From Opitutia bacterium (GTDB lineage: Bacteria > Verrucomicrobiota > Verrucomicrobiia > Opitutales > T3Sed10-336), in assembly GCA_050506795.1 (NCBI GenBank), contig JBJHCF010000008.1:1-64000 (forward strand): a stretch of DNA of 64,000 nt, written 5' to 3'. Numbering within the stretch: the first letter of the stretch is position 1; every line of letters begins with the position of its first letter. Of this stretch, positions 18,538 to 29,610 are shown piece after piece. The notes beneath the pieces were generated by a model. It saw only the letters and a program-made list of their open reading frames with translations, was not told where the DNA came from and did no database searches. Position numbers and translations under genes: made by a program.

Positions 18538-20333
18538 TCGACACCGCTCGTTTCCTTCCCGGTCCCCGTCTGCGCGCCTGCTACCGGTCGGTCCAGCCCT
18601 TGATTGAAACGGCGCTCGGCTTCCGGGATTTGGAAAGGCGGTACACCCGGCTTCCCCATCGCGGCGATTCCCCCGCCGAATTCGCCCGCATCGCCCTGCA
18701 GGCCCTGAGCGTGACCTGGGAAATGTCCGAGACCGAACGAAATGATCTCGCCGCGATCCCGGGGCCGGTAGTGATCTGCGCCAATCACCCCTGCGGTCCC
18801 CTCGAACCGCTCGCTTTGATAGCTCTCCTGGATGAAACCCGCCCCGAGGCCTGCAAGGTATTGGCAAATCGAATACTTTCCACCATTCCCGAACTCCAAC
18901 CGGGACTCATTCCGGTGGAACCCCTGTATCCCGAAACCGGCCGCAAAAGCGGCATTAACGGTTTCCGCCAGGCGATCGGGCACCTCGCCGGGCATCAGGG
19001 AACCGTCCTGATATTCCCTGCCGGAAGGGTTTCCGGCTGGTCGCGGGAATTGCGAGTAGTCTTTGACCGCCCCTGGTCGGAGCACCCCGTAAAATTGGCG
19101 GCACACACCGGTGCTTCGCTGGCCTGCGTTCATGTCGAGGGCACGCCCAGTCGTCTCTTTCTGTCGATTCCCCGCAACTGGAGCCACCTGCGCGGTCTTT
19201 TGCTGGCCCGGGAACTCACCGGCACTCCCACCCGTCACCTCAGGATTCGACTCGCGAAGGTTTTCACTCCGGATGAGACAAGACGCCTGGCCGCGCAAAC
19301 CCGCCCCGCCGACCGGCTCCGCGCCCACTGTTACCTCGGCGCCGACCGAGCACTCGCTGCGGCCAAACCGCCGCCTGGTGTACCGGAAACGACCACCGAA
19401 ACCGCTTCCCCCGTGGCCTCCGCATTGTCCCACGACATCGCACGCCTTACAACGAACGGCCACAAAGTGGCCGACGCCGGGAACTACGCGGTTCTCCTCC
19501 TTCGCGGCGACGAGTCCGAACCCATCCTGACCGAAATCGGACGCCTCCGTGAAATCACATTCCGTGCGGCGGGCCAGGGCACGGGCAACGAGATCGATCT
19601 TTCCCCGGAAGACCAATACTACCACCATCTCGTGCTCTGGGACGAAAACGCCGCCGCACTGATTGGCGCCTATCGTATCGGATTCAGTGATACTATAGCG
19701 GCCGAACAAGGAAGGGACGCCCTCTACCTCCAACCTCTTTTCCGATTCCCGGAACGCTTTTACCGCACGATCGGTCCGGCCATGGAGCTGAGTCGCTCCT
19801 TCATCGTTCCCTCCCGCCAACGCGATGGACGCGCCCTCGCCACGCTTTGGCGGGGACTGGCCGCCGCGGCCCAAAGTCGGGCCTGCCGGACCTGCTACGG
19901 ATGCGTCACGATCTCCAACGCCTTTCACCCCGCCAGCCGCGCGATCCTCGTCGATTTCCTCGACCGCTGGTATGGCGATTCCCACGACCTGCGGAAACTC
20001 GTTCATCCCCGCAATCCTTTTCGAGCGGAGACAAGATACCACCGCCTCTGGACCAAGGCTCTGGCCGGCGAGAAAATCGACGACCTCCGTCCAATCATCG
20101 AAGACCTCGAAAACCACCACCGTTCGATCCCGCCCCTCATTCGCTACTACTGCGCCCTGGGCGCCCGGTACCTCGCCTTCCACGTCGAACCCTCCTTCAA
20201 CAACGCCCTCTACTGCCTCTTGCGCGTCGATATAGCCCAGATCAGCCATCGCTATAAAAGTCGCTTCGGTGCGACGAGTTCCGCGAGATCCGAACCGGCG
20301 ATGGCTTCGCATCGGAACAAACCGGGAAATTGA
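18528..20333 (+). CDS. PlsC-type acyltransferase / GNAT N-acyltransferase fusion (amino-lipid synthase-like, 'putative hemolysin')
   Basis: 'ANHPCGPLE' and 'IFPAG' (PlsC); 'EIGRLREITFRAAGQG', 'IGAYRIG', 'ELSRSFI', 'IPPLIRYY' (GNAT_5). Confidence 0.85.
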   Translation: MPLIDTARFLPGPRLRACYRSVQPLIETALGFRDLERRYTRLPHRGDSPAEFARIALQALSVTWEMSETERNDLAAIPGPVVICANHPCGPLEPLALIALLDETRPEACKVLANRILSTIPELQPGLIPVEPLYPETGRKSGINGFRQAIGHLAGHQGTVLIFPAGRVSGWSRELRVVFDRPWSEHPVKLAAHTGASLACVHVEGTPSRLFLSIPRNWSHLRGLLLARELTGTPTRHLRIRLAKVFTPDETRRLAAQTRPADRLRAHCYLGADRALAAAKPPPGVPETTTETASPVASALSHDIARLTTNGHKVADAGNYAVLLLRGDESEPILTEIGRLREITFRAAGQGTGNEIDLSPEDQYYHHLVLWDENAAALIGAYRIGFSDTIAAEQGRDALYLQPLFRFPERFYRTIGPAMELSRSFIVPSRQRDGRALATLWRGLAAAAQSRACRTCYGCVTISNAFHPASRAILVDFLDRWYGDSHDLRKLVHPRNPFRAETRYHRLWTKALAGEKIDDLRPIIEDLENHHRSIPPLIRYYCALGARYLAFHVEPSFNNALYCLLRVDIAQISHRYKSRFGATSSARSEPAMASHRNKPGN

Positions 20334-20399
20334 ATTTCCCGCGGCGACCTGGTCATCCAAGGAACTGGGAAAGCATTCCCTTTGCGGAGGTGCGGGCTG

Positions 20400-20420
20400 C
20401 CGGCTAAAGCACGGCGCTAC
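20400..20420 (-). repeat. GTAG-type REP-like element
   Basis: CCGGCTAAAGCACGGCGCTAC, identical to 81-101. Confidence 0.75.
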
Positions 20421-20492
20421 TGAATCATGCCTCCGTCATGTAACTCTGCGTCAAACGCCGGACCTTTTGGAGTACGCAAGTTCAAGGTATTG

Positions 20493-21308
20493 CTAGAACA
20501 AACTTCTGATCAGGCTGTGACGGTAATCCTTGCCCAGGTCGGACTGGTCGTTGAGGCCCCAGTGGTAGTCCATGTAAGTCACCCGGAACCCGTCTTCAAA
20601 AAACTTCCGGTGTTCGTCGGGCCCAAACCGTTTGATAACGTTTTCAATGCTGTTCTCGCCGGTGTAGTCACCGGAATACCAACTGAAAATGCGTGACACC
20701 TCTACTGTACTGCGCCAGCGCCCGGTGTCGTACCGGTTCAGATCGTCCCGTGCCAGCCACACGCGGTAACGCTCCTCCATTTTCTCCTCCCAGTCCTCGG
20801 CGTAGTAGGCGCGGTTCAGCAGGGGCGGACAACTGCGCGCCGCGCACACCACCACGGAATGCGCCTTCCACCCGATAATCGGGCGCAAGGCGTCGTGTTC
20901 GATCTGGTCCACGCTCACTTTTTTGCCGCCCACAAGATGCCGCTCGCCATCGAACGGATCATCGAGCGTTCGGATACTCTCGGTCGGGTAATTATCGAGG
21001 ATAAACTCGATCGTAAAGGCGTTGTAGGCATTGATCAGACCCGCGATCTTGTCGTCTCCCGTCGCCGGATCCTCGGGAGCGGGAGCGTACTGTTCGAGGT
21101 ACTCCTTCAAAGCCCGTAAGTCTTCCCGGTTTTCCTTCCAACCGGCGTAATCGACCAAGCCCCTGTCGTCCACGTACTCGCGCACAAGCCGATCCCAGGG
21201 ATCGTGATCGATTCCGGCCGGAAAATCGACGGCCGCTTTCGCCGTCAAGGCGGTCAGTCCCGCGGTGGCGAAGAAAAACATGAGAATAGGTGTGAATTTT
21301 GTCTTCAT
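20493..21308 (-). CDS. DUF547 domain secreted protein
   Basis: Signal peptide; 'GLVDY', 'INAYNAFTI', 'VCAARSCPPL', 'SRIFSWY', 'YHWGLN'. Confidence 0.88.
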   Translation of the reverse strand: MKTKFTPILMFFFATAGLTALTAKAAVDFPAGIDHDPWDRLVREYVDDRGLVDYAGWKENREDLRALKEYLEQYAPAPEDPATGDDKIAGLINAYNAFTIEFILDNYPTESIRTLDDPFDGERHLVGGKKVSVDQIEHDALRPIIGWKAHSVVVCAARSCPPLLNRAYYAEDWEEKMEERYRVWLARDDLNRYDTGRWRSTVEVSRIFSWYSGDYTGENSIENVIKRFGPDEHRKFFEDGFRVTYMDYHWGLNDQSDLGKDYRHSLIRSLF

Positions 21309-21621
21309 AAGTCCCTAATATTTCTACCGTGTCCCAAAAAATAGTTTCGTTTCATAGAAAATCGAAACGCCTCAAATACAGGCGAGTGACCCATCTACAA
21401 TAACATGACGTTCACATTGCGATTATATTCCTTCCCCGGCCCTGATTATCCCACTGGAGAAACGTGTGTCCTTCATGCCACACGACAATAGTCATTGCTT
21501 AAACGAATCCGATTTGGGAATTAGAAGCCCGATCCGCACGTCCTAATCCACAATGCGGAAATAAACACCGTTCTTTTTCTCCACAGGTCAGTGGAGATTC
21601 AAACATCAACAAGGATCAACC

Positions 21622-22338
21622 ATGAAAACACGAAATCAGGGCTTCACTTTAATAGAGTTGCTCACTGTAATCGCTATAATCGGTATTCTGGCGGCCATAC
21701 TGATACCGGTGGTATCAAGAGTTCGCGAGTCGGCACGCCGTGCCAATTGCGTAAGCAACCTTCGTCAGATTGCCGTTTCATCGATGCTGTTCGCATCGGA
21801 AAACAATGATAGGCTGCCGGTGATCACGCAAGGGAACTGGGCTTGGGACGTTGACGTCTCCGTCATGAACCAACTGGTCAATACAGGTGGCGGTGAACGG
21901 GACATGTTCTTCTGTCCGTCGGGAAAGTTTGAGGATCGGATCGAGCTATGGGGGTTCGCCGACGAGAGCACGGAAGACGATGTGGCCGGCTTCAGGGTCA
22001 TCACCTACGTATTACTCTATGAGGGCGCCAATGGGGTTGACCCGAGGTTCACCAACCGAAGAATCGGCGAACCAGAGCCCTACACCCAGGGACGGCAAAC
22101 CGTTTACCCTTCCGAAAGCGAACGAGAGCTGGCGGTCGACGCAGTGATGTCGCAAGACGGCGACAACTTCCACTCTATCACTCTTGGAGGCGCACAGAAT
22201 CCCGACCGTACCAACCATCTCGACGGACAGATGCCAGCGGGAGGCAATATTGTCTTTCTGGACGGACACGTCGAATGGCGACCATTTCACGAAATGGACA
22301 GCACCAAACACGATGGGGCTCCCCAATTCTGGTGGTAA
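21622..22338 (+). CDS. Prepilin-type N-terminal cleavage/methylation protein with H-X9-DG C-terminal motif (DUF1559-like)
   Basis: '[22 protein letters not shown]', 'CVSNLRQI', 'FFCPS', 'NH...[13 protein letters not shown]'. Confidence 0.9.
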   Translation: MKTRNQGFTLIELLTVIAIIGILAAILIPVVSRVRESARRANCVSNLRQIAVSSMLFASENNDRLPVITQGNWAWDVDVSVMNQLVNTGGGERDMFFCPSGKFEDRIELWGFADESTEDDVAGFRVITYVLLYEGANGVDPRFTNRRIGEPEPYTQGRQTVYPSESERELAVDAVMSQDGDNFHSITLGGAQNPDRTNHLDGQMPAGGNIVFLDGHVEWRPFHEMDSTKHDGAPQFWW

Positions 22339-22494
22339 GCGACCTTATTCCATGACGCGACGCCGGGAAACCCATGCCCGGCGTCGCACCGACGCTGAGG
22401 GCTCTCGTCCGCATCCACATACGATTCATCGTACACTGAAATAACCAAATCGATCGCATCATCCCTAATGAAACGTATCTACTCGCCCTTCGAC

Positions 22495-22713
22495 TCAGTT
22501 TAACGATCCGTTACGTGGCGGGAGGTCCCGGTAGTATTCCCAGCACTTTGTGCAAACTCCGTTTTCTTCCGTCCACTCCGGATGCTCGTGCTGAATTCGA
22601 TCCAACACCCAGCGTTCGGCAAACGTGTGCTCTTTCAGATCCCACCTGTTAATCAGATGTCCGCAAATGGGACAAGGGATCCGATCATATTCTCGTCTTT
22701 TCGTTTCCATCAT
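22495..22713 (-). CDS. Small Cys/His metal-binding protein (CPIC...H...CTKC)
   Basis: RBS GAGGAG upstream; directly downstream of the ECF sigma gene. Confidence 0.7.
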   Translation of the reverse strand: MMETKRREYDRIPCPICGHLINRWDLKEHTFAERWVLDRIQHEHPEWTEENGVCTKCWEYYRDLPPRNGSLN

Positions 22714-22821
22714 TTACTTAAACTCCTCGTCTTAGTCGGTAATGTTTGGATTTCACTGGCTTCACCTGAGGCGGACGCACGCCCGGAAGCGTGATCGGCT
22801 CCTTCCCTTCTGAAACCGGGG

Positions 22822-23385
22822 TCAGCAGGAGCCAACGGCCTTGACGTTGCCTTGCTCGGGAGCGTTTCGTGCTCGCCGTTCGGGCTCCTCCATCACCTCC
22901 CGCAACCGGTCTTTGCCTCTGCGCAGACGAGACATCACCGTGCCCATTGGAACGTCCAATACGTCCGCGATTTCCTGGTAGGAATGGTGCTCCAGATAAA
23001 ACAGGACCAGCGGGGCGCGGTACCGTTCATCCAACTCCTCAAGAGCCGCCACGGCAGCCTTGGCGTCGATCTTATCCCTCGGATGCTCGGTTGTGGAGTC
23101 GGGCCGAATCTCGTCGTTCAGCTCGTAGTGCGGAAAACGCTTCTTCTTTCGAAACCGGTCCACGAATTGATTATAGAGCGTGGCGAACAACCAGGACTTC
23201 ATCTTGCGCGTATCACGCACCTGATGACCCTTGGTTTGGAGCAGAAAGAACGTTTGTTGGGTGTAATCCGCGGCATCCTCGGCATTTCCGGTCAATCCGT
23301 AGGCAAAGCGATAGAGCGGATCGTAGTATTCGGCCACAAGTATCGAGGCTTCTTCGGCTTCCATGGTCTCCTTATTTGCGCTCAT
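22822..23385 (-). CDS. ECF RNA polymerase sigma factor
   Basis: 'LYRFAYGLTGNAEDAAD.TQQTF', 'SWLF', 'SYQEIADVLDVPMGTVMSRLRRG'. Confidence 0.92.
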   Translation of the reverse strand: MSANKETMEAEEASILVAEYYDPLYRFAYGLTGNAEDAADYTQQTFFLLQTKGHQVRDTRKMKSWLFATLYNQFVDRFRKKKRFPHYELNDEIRPDSTTEHPRDKIDAKAAVAALEELDERYRAPLVLFYLEHHSYQEIADVLDVPMGTVMSRLRRGKDRLREVMEEPERRARNAPEQGNVKAVGSC

Positions 23386-23403
23386 GATCAGTCCTCTTCT
23401 CTT

Positions 23404-24099
23404 TCAGGTTGAACGTTTATTACTTGGTAAATCCAGGGCCGACAGAATATCCTTAATCTCCATCCGCCGTGTCGGATCCTTCTCGACCACCGCCGCCCGT
23501 ATCCGGCGGTCCGTGCCGACCACATAGGTTGCCGGCAGCGGCAAATGCCAATGGTCGGTTCCATTAAACTCGGGAAGGGAAAAACCCCATTTCCGATATA
23601 GGCTTTGCAGGGATTCGGGGATGTCATGAACGATCCCGAACCTGCGGGCCACCGAGTTGTCCGCATCGGTCAGCACCGGAAAATCCAGCTTCTCTCGGCC
23701 ACAAAGGGAGACAGCGCGTTCGCCTATTTCCGGCGAGATCGCCAGTACCTCCGCACCCCGACTCCGAATCTCTGGAAGCGCCTCGCGCAGAGCGTGGAGC
23801 TCCAACAGGCAGAACACGGACCACCCCCCGCGGAAGAAATTCAGCACCAGCGGACCGCGCCGCAGCATCTCCGACAGCGAGACGTCCCGGCCGTTGCCAT
23901 CGGGTAAAGTGAAATCGGGCGCCGTATCTCCGGCTTTCACCGCCTTGGTGGCCACCGTGGAAGCGGCCAGCTTCTCCAGGAACGTCACCACTGTGGTTCG
24001 ATCCTCGGACGGAATCTCCGACAACATCCGGACATACAAATGCCGCAAACGTTCGTTCAGTGACTCTCCCGGAACTTCCTTGATGCTGTCAGTCGACAT
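23404..24099 (-). CDS. Peroxiredoxin-like AhpC/TSA family protein (SxxC variant)
   Basis: 'GDTAPDFTLPD', 'FFRGGWSVFCLLEL', 'AISPE', 'LPLPATYVV'. Confidence 0.88.
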   Translation of the reverse strand: MSTDSIKEVPGESLNERLRHLYVRMLSEIPSEDRTTVVTFLEKLAASTVATKAVKAGDTAPDFTLPDGNGRDVSLSEMLRRGPLVLNFFRGGWSVFCLLELHALREALPEIRSRGAEVLAISPEIGERAVSLCGREKLDFPVLTDADNSVARRFGIVHDIPESLQSLYRKWGFSLPEFNGTDHWHLPLPATYVVGTDRRIRAAVVEKDPTRRMEIKDILSALDLPSNKRST

Positions 24100-24115
24100 G
24101 CGCAAGAAAACGTAC

Positions 24116-24130
24116 GCATCTCCCGTGCCA
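24116..24130 (-). promoter_or_regulatory. sigma54 -24/-12 promoter
   Basis: Minus strand TGGCACGGGAGATGC (GG-N10-GC), directly upstream of the peroxiredoxin-ECF operon and downstream of a sigma54 activator gene. Confidence 0.7.
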
Positions 24131-24216
24131 ACCGGACCATACTTTACTTAGGTCACTATCCCACAGTTACTTCAGAAATCCCAAAATTTCGGGGTAAGCT
24201 TGAAACCCCGATTTAC

Positions 24217-24251
24217 CCACGGATACCGTGGCATTTCCACAGAATCCGTGG
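24217..24251. promoter_or_regulatory. Tandem palindromic upstream activator sites (putative bEBP UAS)
   Basis: CCACGGATACCGTGG (24217-24231) and CCACAGAATCCGTGG (24237-24251), 20 bp apart and ~90-120 bp upstream of the -24 box. Confidence 0.55.
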
Positions 24252-24368
24252 CGCTTTTCCTATTTCGGCGGGCAGGGATGCCCGCGTTCCCAGTGATCGC
24301 GCGCCCCTCGCCCCACGTCACCCGTCCCTCGCCCCAAGCCCCTACCTGTGCCCATCCGCGGTTGAGGA

Positions 24369-26201
24369 TCAGTCCTTGGAGCGCTTTCTCTGAAGGCCGT
24401 ATTTTCGCATCCGTTCCCGCAGGGTGCTCGGCGGGATTCCGAGCCGGGTGGCGGCGCCGGATTTTCCCTCGATCACTCCGCCGGATTCCTGTAAGGCCTC
24501 GGCAATCATGGTCTTTTCCACGTCTTCAAGCGTCCGGGATCCCGGCGTCTCGCCCTCGGTCCGCCCCGGTGACCCTGAACGGTCGGACCGAAGGTCGGCG
24601 TCCTCGATGCTCAGTTCGGAACCGGGACATACAATCAGGCTGCGCTCGATGAGGTTTTCCAGTTCCCGAACGTTTCCCGGCCACCGGTAAGACTGCATCT
24701 TTCGCACGGTCGCTTCCGCGATGGGCCGCACCGGCACACCGATTCGCGGCGCGTGCTTCTCCACGAAATGTTTGGCCAGGAGGGGAATGTCCTTCGGTCG
24801 CTGACGCAGCGGGGGCACCTCCAGCGGAAACACGTTCAGGCGATAATACAAATCTTCCCGAAACTCTCCCTTTTCCACCGCATGAGCGAGATCTCGATTG
24901 GTGGCGGCAATGATCCGGACGTCCACCTTGATGGTTTCCATTCCTCCCAGGCGCTCGAACTCGCCCTCCTGAAGGACCCGCAACAATTTGCTTTGCAATT
25001 CCAAGGGCAATTCACCGATCTCATCGAGAAACAAGGTTCCCCCGGAGGCCAGTTCGAAGCGTCCCTGACGGCGCGATGAGGCTCCGGTAAACGCGCCCTT
25101 TTCGTGTCCGAAGAGTTCGCTTTCGATCAGGTGAGTGGGGAGCGCGGCGCAATTCACTTTCACCAATGGCCTGTCCCGGCGGGCGCTGCGTGCGTGAATG
25201 GCGCGCGCCACCAACTCCTTTCCCGTACCGGTTTCGCCGAAAATCAGTACCGCCGCGGAAGTCCCGGCCACCCGCTCCGCCTTTTCCAGCACCTGCTTGA
25301 ACGCCGGATCGTCCGTCAGAACACCATCCTCCTTTTGCGTCCCCCGAATCTCATCCTGCAGGTAGATGTTCTCCGCCATGAGGCGATCCTTGAGCTGCTT
25401 GACCTGCTCGTAAGCTCCCTTCAATTCCCCTTCGGCCCGCTTGCGCTCGGTTATATCGCGCGCGATAACCATCAGACAGTTCTCCTCCTGAAAGCGCAGC
25501 ACCGACGCCGAAATTTCTACGGGCACCGAAGAGCCGGATTTCGCCAGACAGGAAAACTCCTCCGATCGACCGGCACCTTTTCCATAAACCTCGTCCGCGA
25601 ATTTCCTCAATCGCGGCATTTCCTCGGGATGAATCCGGGAAACGGCAAGCCCCTCCAATTCATCGCGTTCATAACCTGTAATCCGGCAGGCCTGACGATT
25701 CACCTGAACGATGCGATCCTCGTCCAAATCAACGATGAAAATCGCGTCGTTGGACGCTTCGAAGATCGTACGCAACCTCTCCTCCGCGGTGTGGATCGTT
25801 TGCTCCGCCCGCTTTCTCCGGGTGATATCCCGCACGAACGCGCAACAGAATTCCTTCCCATCCACCTCCACGAATGAAACCAGGACTTCCACCGGAAAAC
25901 GGGTCCCATCCTTCCGCACGTGGTGAGATTCCTTGATCATCGACTTTTCCCGGCGCAAGGCTTTCCAGAAATCTTTCCATCCGGCTTCGGTGTAGGCGCT
26001 TGTAACATCCCACACGGTGCTGCCCAACAGCTCCCCGCGCGTCATTCCGTGCAATACGCAGGCCGCCTGATTGACCCGATGAAATCGCCCCTCCGAATCG
26101 ACCCAGAAGATCGCCTCTCCGGCGTCCTCGATGGTCACTTCCGCCAGTCGATCTCGCATCTCCTCTGTTGCCTCTGGCGGTCTGTTTCGAACGGCTGTCA
26201 T
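24369..26201 (-). CDS. PAS-PAS / sigma54-interaction AAA+ / Fis-HTH transcriptional activator
   Basis: Two PAS domains, 'GETGTGKE', '[15 protein letters not shown]', 'LFLDEIGE', '[10 protein letters not shown]', C-terminal HTH. Start MTAVRN at 26201. Confidence 0.95.
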   Translation of the reverse strand: MTAVRNRPPEATEEMRDRLAEVTIEDAGEAIFWVDSEGRFHRVNQAACVLHGMTRGELLGSTVWDVTSAYTEAGWKDFWKALRREKSMIKESHHVRKDGTRFPVEVLVSFVEVDGKEFCCAFVRDITRRKRAEQTIHTAEERLRTIFEASNDAIFIVDLDEDRIVQVNRQACRITGYERDELEGLAVSRIHPEEMPRLRKFADEVYGKGAGRSEEFSCLAKSGSSVPVEISASVLRFQEENCLMVIARDITERKRAEGELKGAYEQVKQLKDRLMAENIYLQDEIRGTQKEDGVLTDDPAFKQVLEKAERVAGTSAAVLIFGETGTGKELVARAIHARSARRDRPLVKVNCAALPTHLIESELFGHEKGAFTGASSRRQGRFELASGGTLFLDEIGELPLELQSKLLRVLQEGEFERLGGMETIKVDVRIIAATNRDLAHAVEKGEFREDLYYRLNVFPLEVPPLRQRPKDIPLLAKHFVEKHAPRIGVPVRPIAEATVRKMQSYRWPGNVRELENLIERSLIVCPGSELSIEDADLRSDRSGSPGRTEGETPGSRTLEDVEKTMIAEALQESGGVIEGKSGAATRLGIPPSTLRERMRKYGLQRKRSKD

Positions 26202-26515
26202 TTTATTTGACTTATATAAAGTCGACAAGCCGCATTGTAAACCCCAAGATCCATTTGTTTCCACGCAATAGGGGTGACCCCGAATAGGCAGTAGTCGAAC
26301 CTTTAACATCAACGTCAAAGAGCCGCGTCGCTCATCGGAGCACCCCAAGTCCTCGTCCCGTTCGTCATCCGTAGTAAGGACCCTGATACTCGGAATCCGG
26401 AATAGTCCGACACCGTGGTTCGTCTGAATGGAAATCGATCACTCACCGGCCGCGAACGCGGGCGCTCGACTCGCGAACCGCGCCGGCGATTTGACAAGGT
26501 TTAACCGACCTTTTC

Positions 26516-27943
26516 ATGCATGGAATCCGGCACATATTCATCGCCCTGCCCGTTCTGCTCTCCTGGGGCTGCGCCAGCACATTCAATGCGCCGGAGTTGC
26601 GGGAGGTTTATGAGGACTCCGCCCAGCATCGCTCCCCCGACCGTAATCCCGTTATCCTCATTCCCGGAATGATGGGATCGCAATTGGTTGACACAGAAAC
26701 TGATCAAATCCTTTGGGGAGCTTACGAACGCTCTCAGATCAACCTGAACAGTCGTGACGGAATCCGCAAGGCCGCCCTTCCGATGGAATCCGGCGCGCGG
26801 CTGCAAGATCTCCGGGACGACATCCGTGCCACACAGGTGCTCGATCGGCTGCACGTGCCCGTTCTGGGAACTCCGGTCGAACTCCGCGCCTATACCTCGC
26901 TGATGGCTTCGATGGGCCTCGGAGGGTTCCAGAACCGGGAGCTGGCCGCCGCCGGAGCCGTCGATTACGGCGACGAGCATTACACCTGTTTCCAGTTTCC
27001 CTACGATTGGCGCCGCGACATGACGGAAAGCGCCCGGCACCTGCACGAATATCTCCTCGAAACCAAAGCTTTCGTCGCACAACAGAATCTCGAACGATTC
27101 GGCCAAACGGGCAAGCCCATCCGGTTCGATATCGTTGCCCATTCCGCCGGCGCCCTCCTATTGCGCTACTATCTGCGATATGGAGACGCTCCGTTGCCGG
27201 AAGATGGCAGCCTCCCCAAACTGACCTGGGCCGCCGCCGAACTTGTCGAGACCGCCATCCTGGTCGCTCCCCCAAACGCCGGCTCCGCCGAAGCGATGAT
27301 GCGGCTCGTCGACGGCTACCGGTGGGCTCCCCTTTTCACACCATCAATCCCGCCCGCCGTTATCGGAACCATGCCCTCCGCGTATCAACTGCTGCCGCGA
27401 GAGAGGCACCAAAGCCTCGTTTCGACCGTCGACGGAACCCGGAAACAACGCGACCCGTTGGACAAAGAATTGTGGGTTGAAATGGGATGGGGGCTGGCGG
27501 ATCCGGGCCAGGACGAAATCCTTGAAATCCTTCTTCCGAATGTTCCGGACTCTGAGACTCGCCGGGAAATCGCCCTCAATCATCTCGATAAATCCCTGAA
27601 ACGCGCCCGCCAGTTTCACACCGCCATAGACCGGCCGGCCAAACCGCCCGAAGGCCTCGACCTTCACTTGATTGCCGGAGACGGTAAGCGCACGCCCGCG
27701 GTCCTCGAAATTGATCCGCGAAACGAGAAACTGACGGTGAGCTCATACCGGGCCGGCGACGGACTCGTCCCGCGCAGCAGTGCACTCATGGACGAACGCG
27801 TCAACGCCGACTGGCAGCCGACGCTCGTTTCGCCGATCGAATGGACGAGCACCCAATTCCTCGACTCCACCCACCTGAGGATGACACGAACCCGCAGCTT
27901 CACCAACAACCTCCTTTACCTCCTGCTTGAGGCTCCGCGCTGA
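26516..27943 (+). CDS. Lipoprotein alpha/beta hydrolase (LCAT/lipase-like)
   Basis: Lipobox 'SWGC', 'PVILIPGMMGSQL', 'YDWRR', 'IVAHSAG', 'GDGLV'. Confidence 0.82.
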   Translation: MHGIRHIFIALPVLLSWGCASTFNAPELREVYEDSAQHRSPDRNPVILIPGMMGSQLVDTETDQILWGAYERSQINLNSRDGIRKAALPMESGARLQDLRDDIRATQVLDRLHVPVLGTPVELRAYTSLMASMGLGGFQNRELAAAGAVDYGDEHYTCFQFPYDWRRDMTESARHLHEYLLETKAFVAQQNLERFGQTGKPIRFDIVAHSAGALLLRYYLRYGDAPLPEDGSLPKLTWAAAELVETAILVAPPNAGSAEAMMRLVDGYRWAPLFTPSIPPAVIGTMPSAYQLLPRERHQSLVSTVDGTRKQRDPLDKELWVEMGWGLADPGQDEILEILLPNVPDSETRREIALNHLDKSLKRARQFHTAIDRPAKPPEGLDLHLIAGDGKRTPAVLEIDPRNEKLTVSSYRAGDGLVPRSSALMDERVNADWQPTLVSPIEWTSTQFLDSTHLRMTRTRSFTNNLLYLLLEAPR

Positions 27944-27969
27944 CCGACTCCCGCCACCGGGCTTCGACC

Positions 27970-29346
27970 ATGCCGATGACACAAACAATCCAAGAAGCAG
28001 CCTGGAAGGAATTGCAGCGTTCCATCGCCACCTACCGCGACAAGCCCGTCGGTACCGTCGCCGCCCGCGATCCCGAACAAAAGGCGGTAAACTACGACCA
28101 GATTTTCACCAGAGATTTCGTCGTTTCGGCAGCGGCCTTCCTGCTGAAAGGAGAGCCTGAAATCGTTCGGCAATTCCTGAAACGCACCCTGGAACTTCAA
28201 AGCCGTGAAAAAAACATGGACTGCTACACTCCGGCACAGGGCCTCATTCCGGCCAGTTTCGTGGTGCGCACCAACGAGCGTGGCGAAGAAACCCTCGAAG
28301 CGGATTTCGGAAACAAGGCCATCGGCAGGGTGGCTCCGATGGACGCTCCCTTCTGGTGGCTCTATCTTCTGCGTTTTTACACCAAAGCTACCGGCGATGC
28401 CGAACTCGCACGCCTCCCGAGATTCCAAAACGGAATCCGTCTCATTCTCGGCCAGGCTCTGCCTCCGCGTTTTGACATGTTCCCCACGCTGCTGGTACCC
28501 GACGGATCCTTCATGATCGACCGGCGTCTCGGCGTTTACGGCCACCCGCTCGAAATCCAGGCCCTCTTTTTTGCGGGACTTCGTTCGGCATTGGAGCTGT
28601 TGACAAACACCGAGGAAAACCGCCCCTACATCGAAGCGGCTCGCAGACGCGCACGGCAACTCCGGGAGCATATTCGCTGCTACTATTGGGTCGACTTGAA
28701 CCAGTTGACCACCCTGAACCGCGCTCCGATGGACGATTACGGCGAGGGCTCGGGAAACCGCTTCAATATTAATCCAAATGCGATTCCCCCCTGGGTAATC
28801 GACTGGCTTACGGAAGAAGGCGGTTACTTCGCGGGCAATGTGGGCCCGGGCCGCATGGATCACCGATTCTTCAGCGGGGGCAACCTGCTCGCTGTCCTGA
28901 CATCCCTCGCCGCGCAACACCAGGCCGAATCCCTTGTCAGTTTGATGGAGTACCGGCAAAACGACCTTGTCGCCAAGATGCCATTAAAAGCGGTTTTTCC
29001 CGCACTCACAGGCAAAGGGTGGGAATTGCTCACCGGCAGCGATCTGAGAAACTCGCCATGGTCCTACCAAAACGGAGGAGGTTGGCCCTTTCTTCTCTGG
29101 CTTTTGGCCGCCGCGGCGACCCAAACCGGACACCGGGAATTCGCCAAAGAAACGCTCGCCGTTGCCGAAACTCGACTGAACGCTGATCAGTGGCCGGAGT
29201 ATTACGACGGCAGGAACAGCCGATTGATCGGGAAAGAGGCTCGTCTGTATCAGACATGGTCGATCGCCGGTTACCTGACGGCGAGCCTATTGATGCAAAA
29301 GCCTCAGTATGTAACGTGGTTCAGGTTTTTGGAAGAGATAGACTGA
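27970..29346 (+). CDS. Alkaline/neutral invertase (GH100)
   Basis: 'NYDQIFTRDF', 'ADFGNKAIGRVAP', 'DGSFMIDRRLGVYGHPLEIQ', 'PWSYQNGG', 'WPEYYDG'. Confidence 0.92.
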   Translation: MPMTQTIQEAAWKELQRSIATYRDKPVGTVAARDPEQKAVNYDQIFTRDFVVSAAAFLLKGEPEIVRQFLKRTLELQSREKNMDCYTPAQGLIPASFVVRTNERGEETLEADFGNKAIGRVAPMDAPFWWLYLLRFYTKATGDAELARLPRFQNGIRLILGQALPPRFDMFPTLLVPDGSFMIDRRLGVYGHPLEIQALFFAGLRSALELLTNTEENRPYIEAARRRARQLREHIRCYYWVDLNQLTTLNRAPMDDYGEGSGNRFNINPNAIPPWVIDWLTEEGGYFAGNVGPGRMDHRFFSGGNLLAVLTSLAAQHQAESLVSLMEYRQNDLVAKMPLKAVFPALTGKGWELLTGSDLRNSPWSYQNGGGWPFLLWLLAAAATQTGHREFAKETLAVAETRLNADQWPEYYDGRNSRLIGKEARLYQTWSIAGYLTASLLMQKPQYVTWFRFLEEID

Positions 29347-29610
29347 TTTCCGCGCTTCCCTGTTTGCCGCGGCTTCCATGCGGCGCGTGGAACGCACGGC
29401 GCTACTTTACCAGTGCCGCGAAGCCATAAAGTATTTTGGTGCCCATACCAATATTCAAAGCACGGATCATTCTCGAAGAAGGGATCGTCATTTCGGATAC
29501 CCTCACTCCGGAATATTTAGTGCACCTTACACGTCACAAACGACAAGATTAAGTCATTGGACATTTATCTTAAATCAAAACAAGCAACGATACGTAAGAA
29601 GGATCATCTC

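Noticed and set aside
18510..20360. Long antisense ORFs (also 30947-32560, 56359-58209, 15511-16944, 50280-51488)
   Set aside because: Shadow frames of well-supported genes in high-GC DNA, with no motifs.
23790..23830. Selenocysteine in the peroxiredoxin active site
   Set aside because: The codon is TCC (Ser), not TGA.
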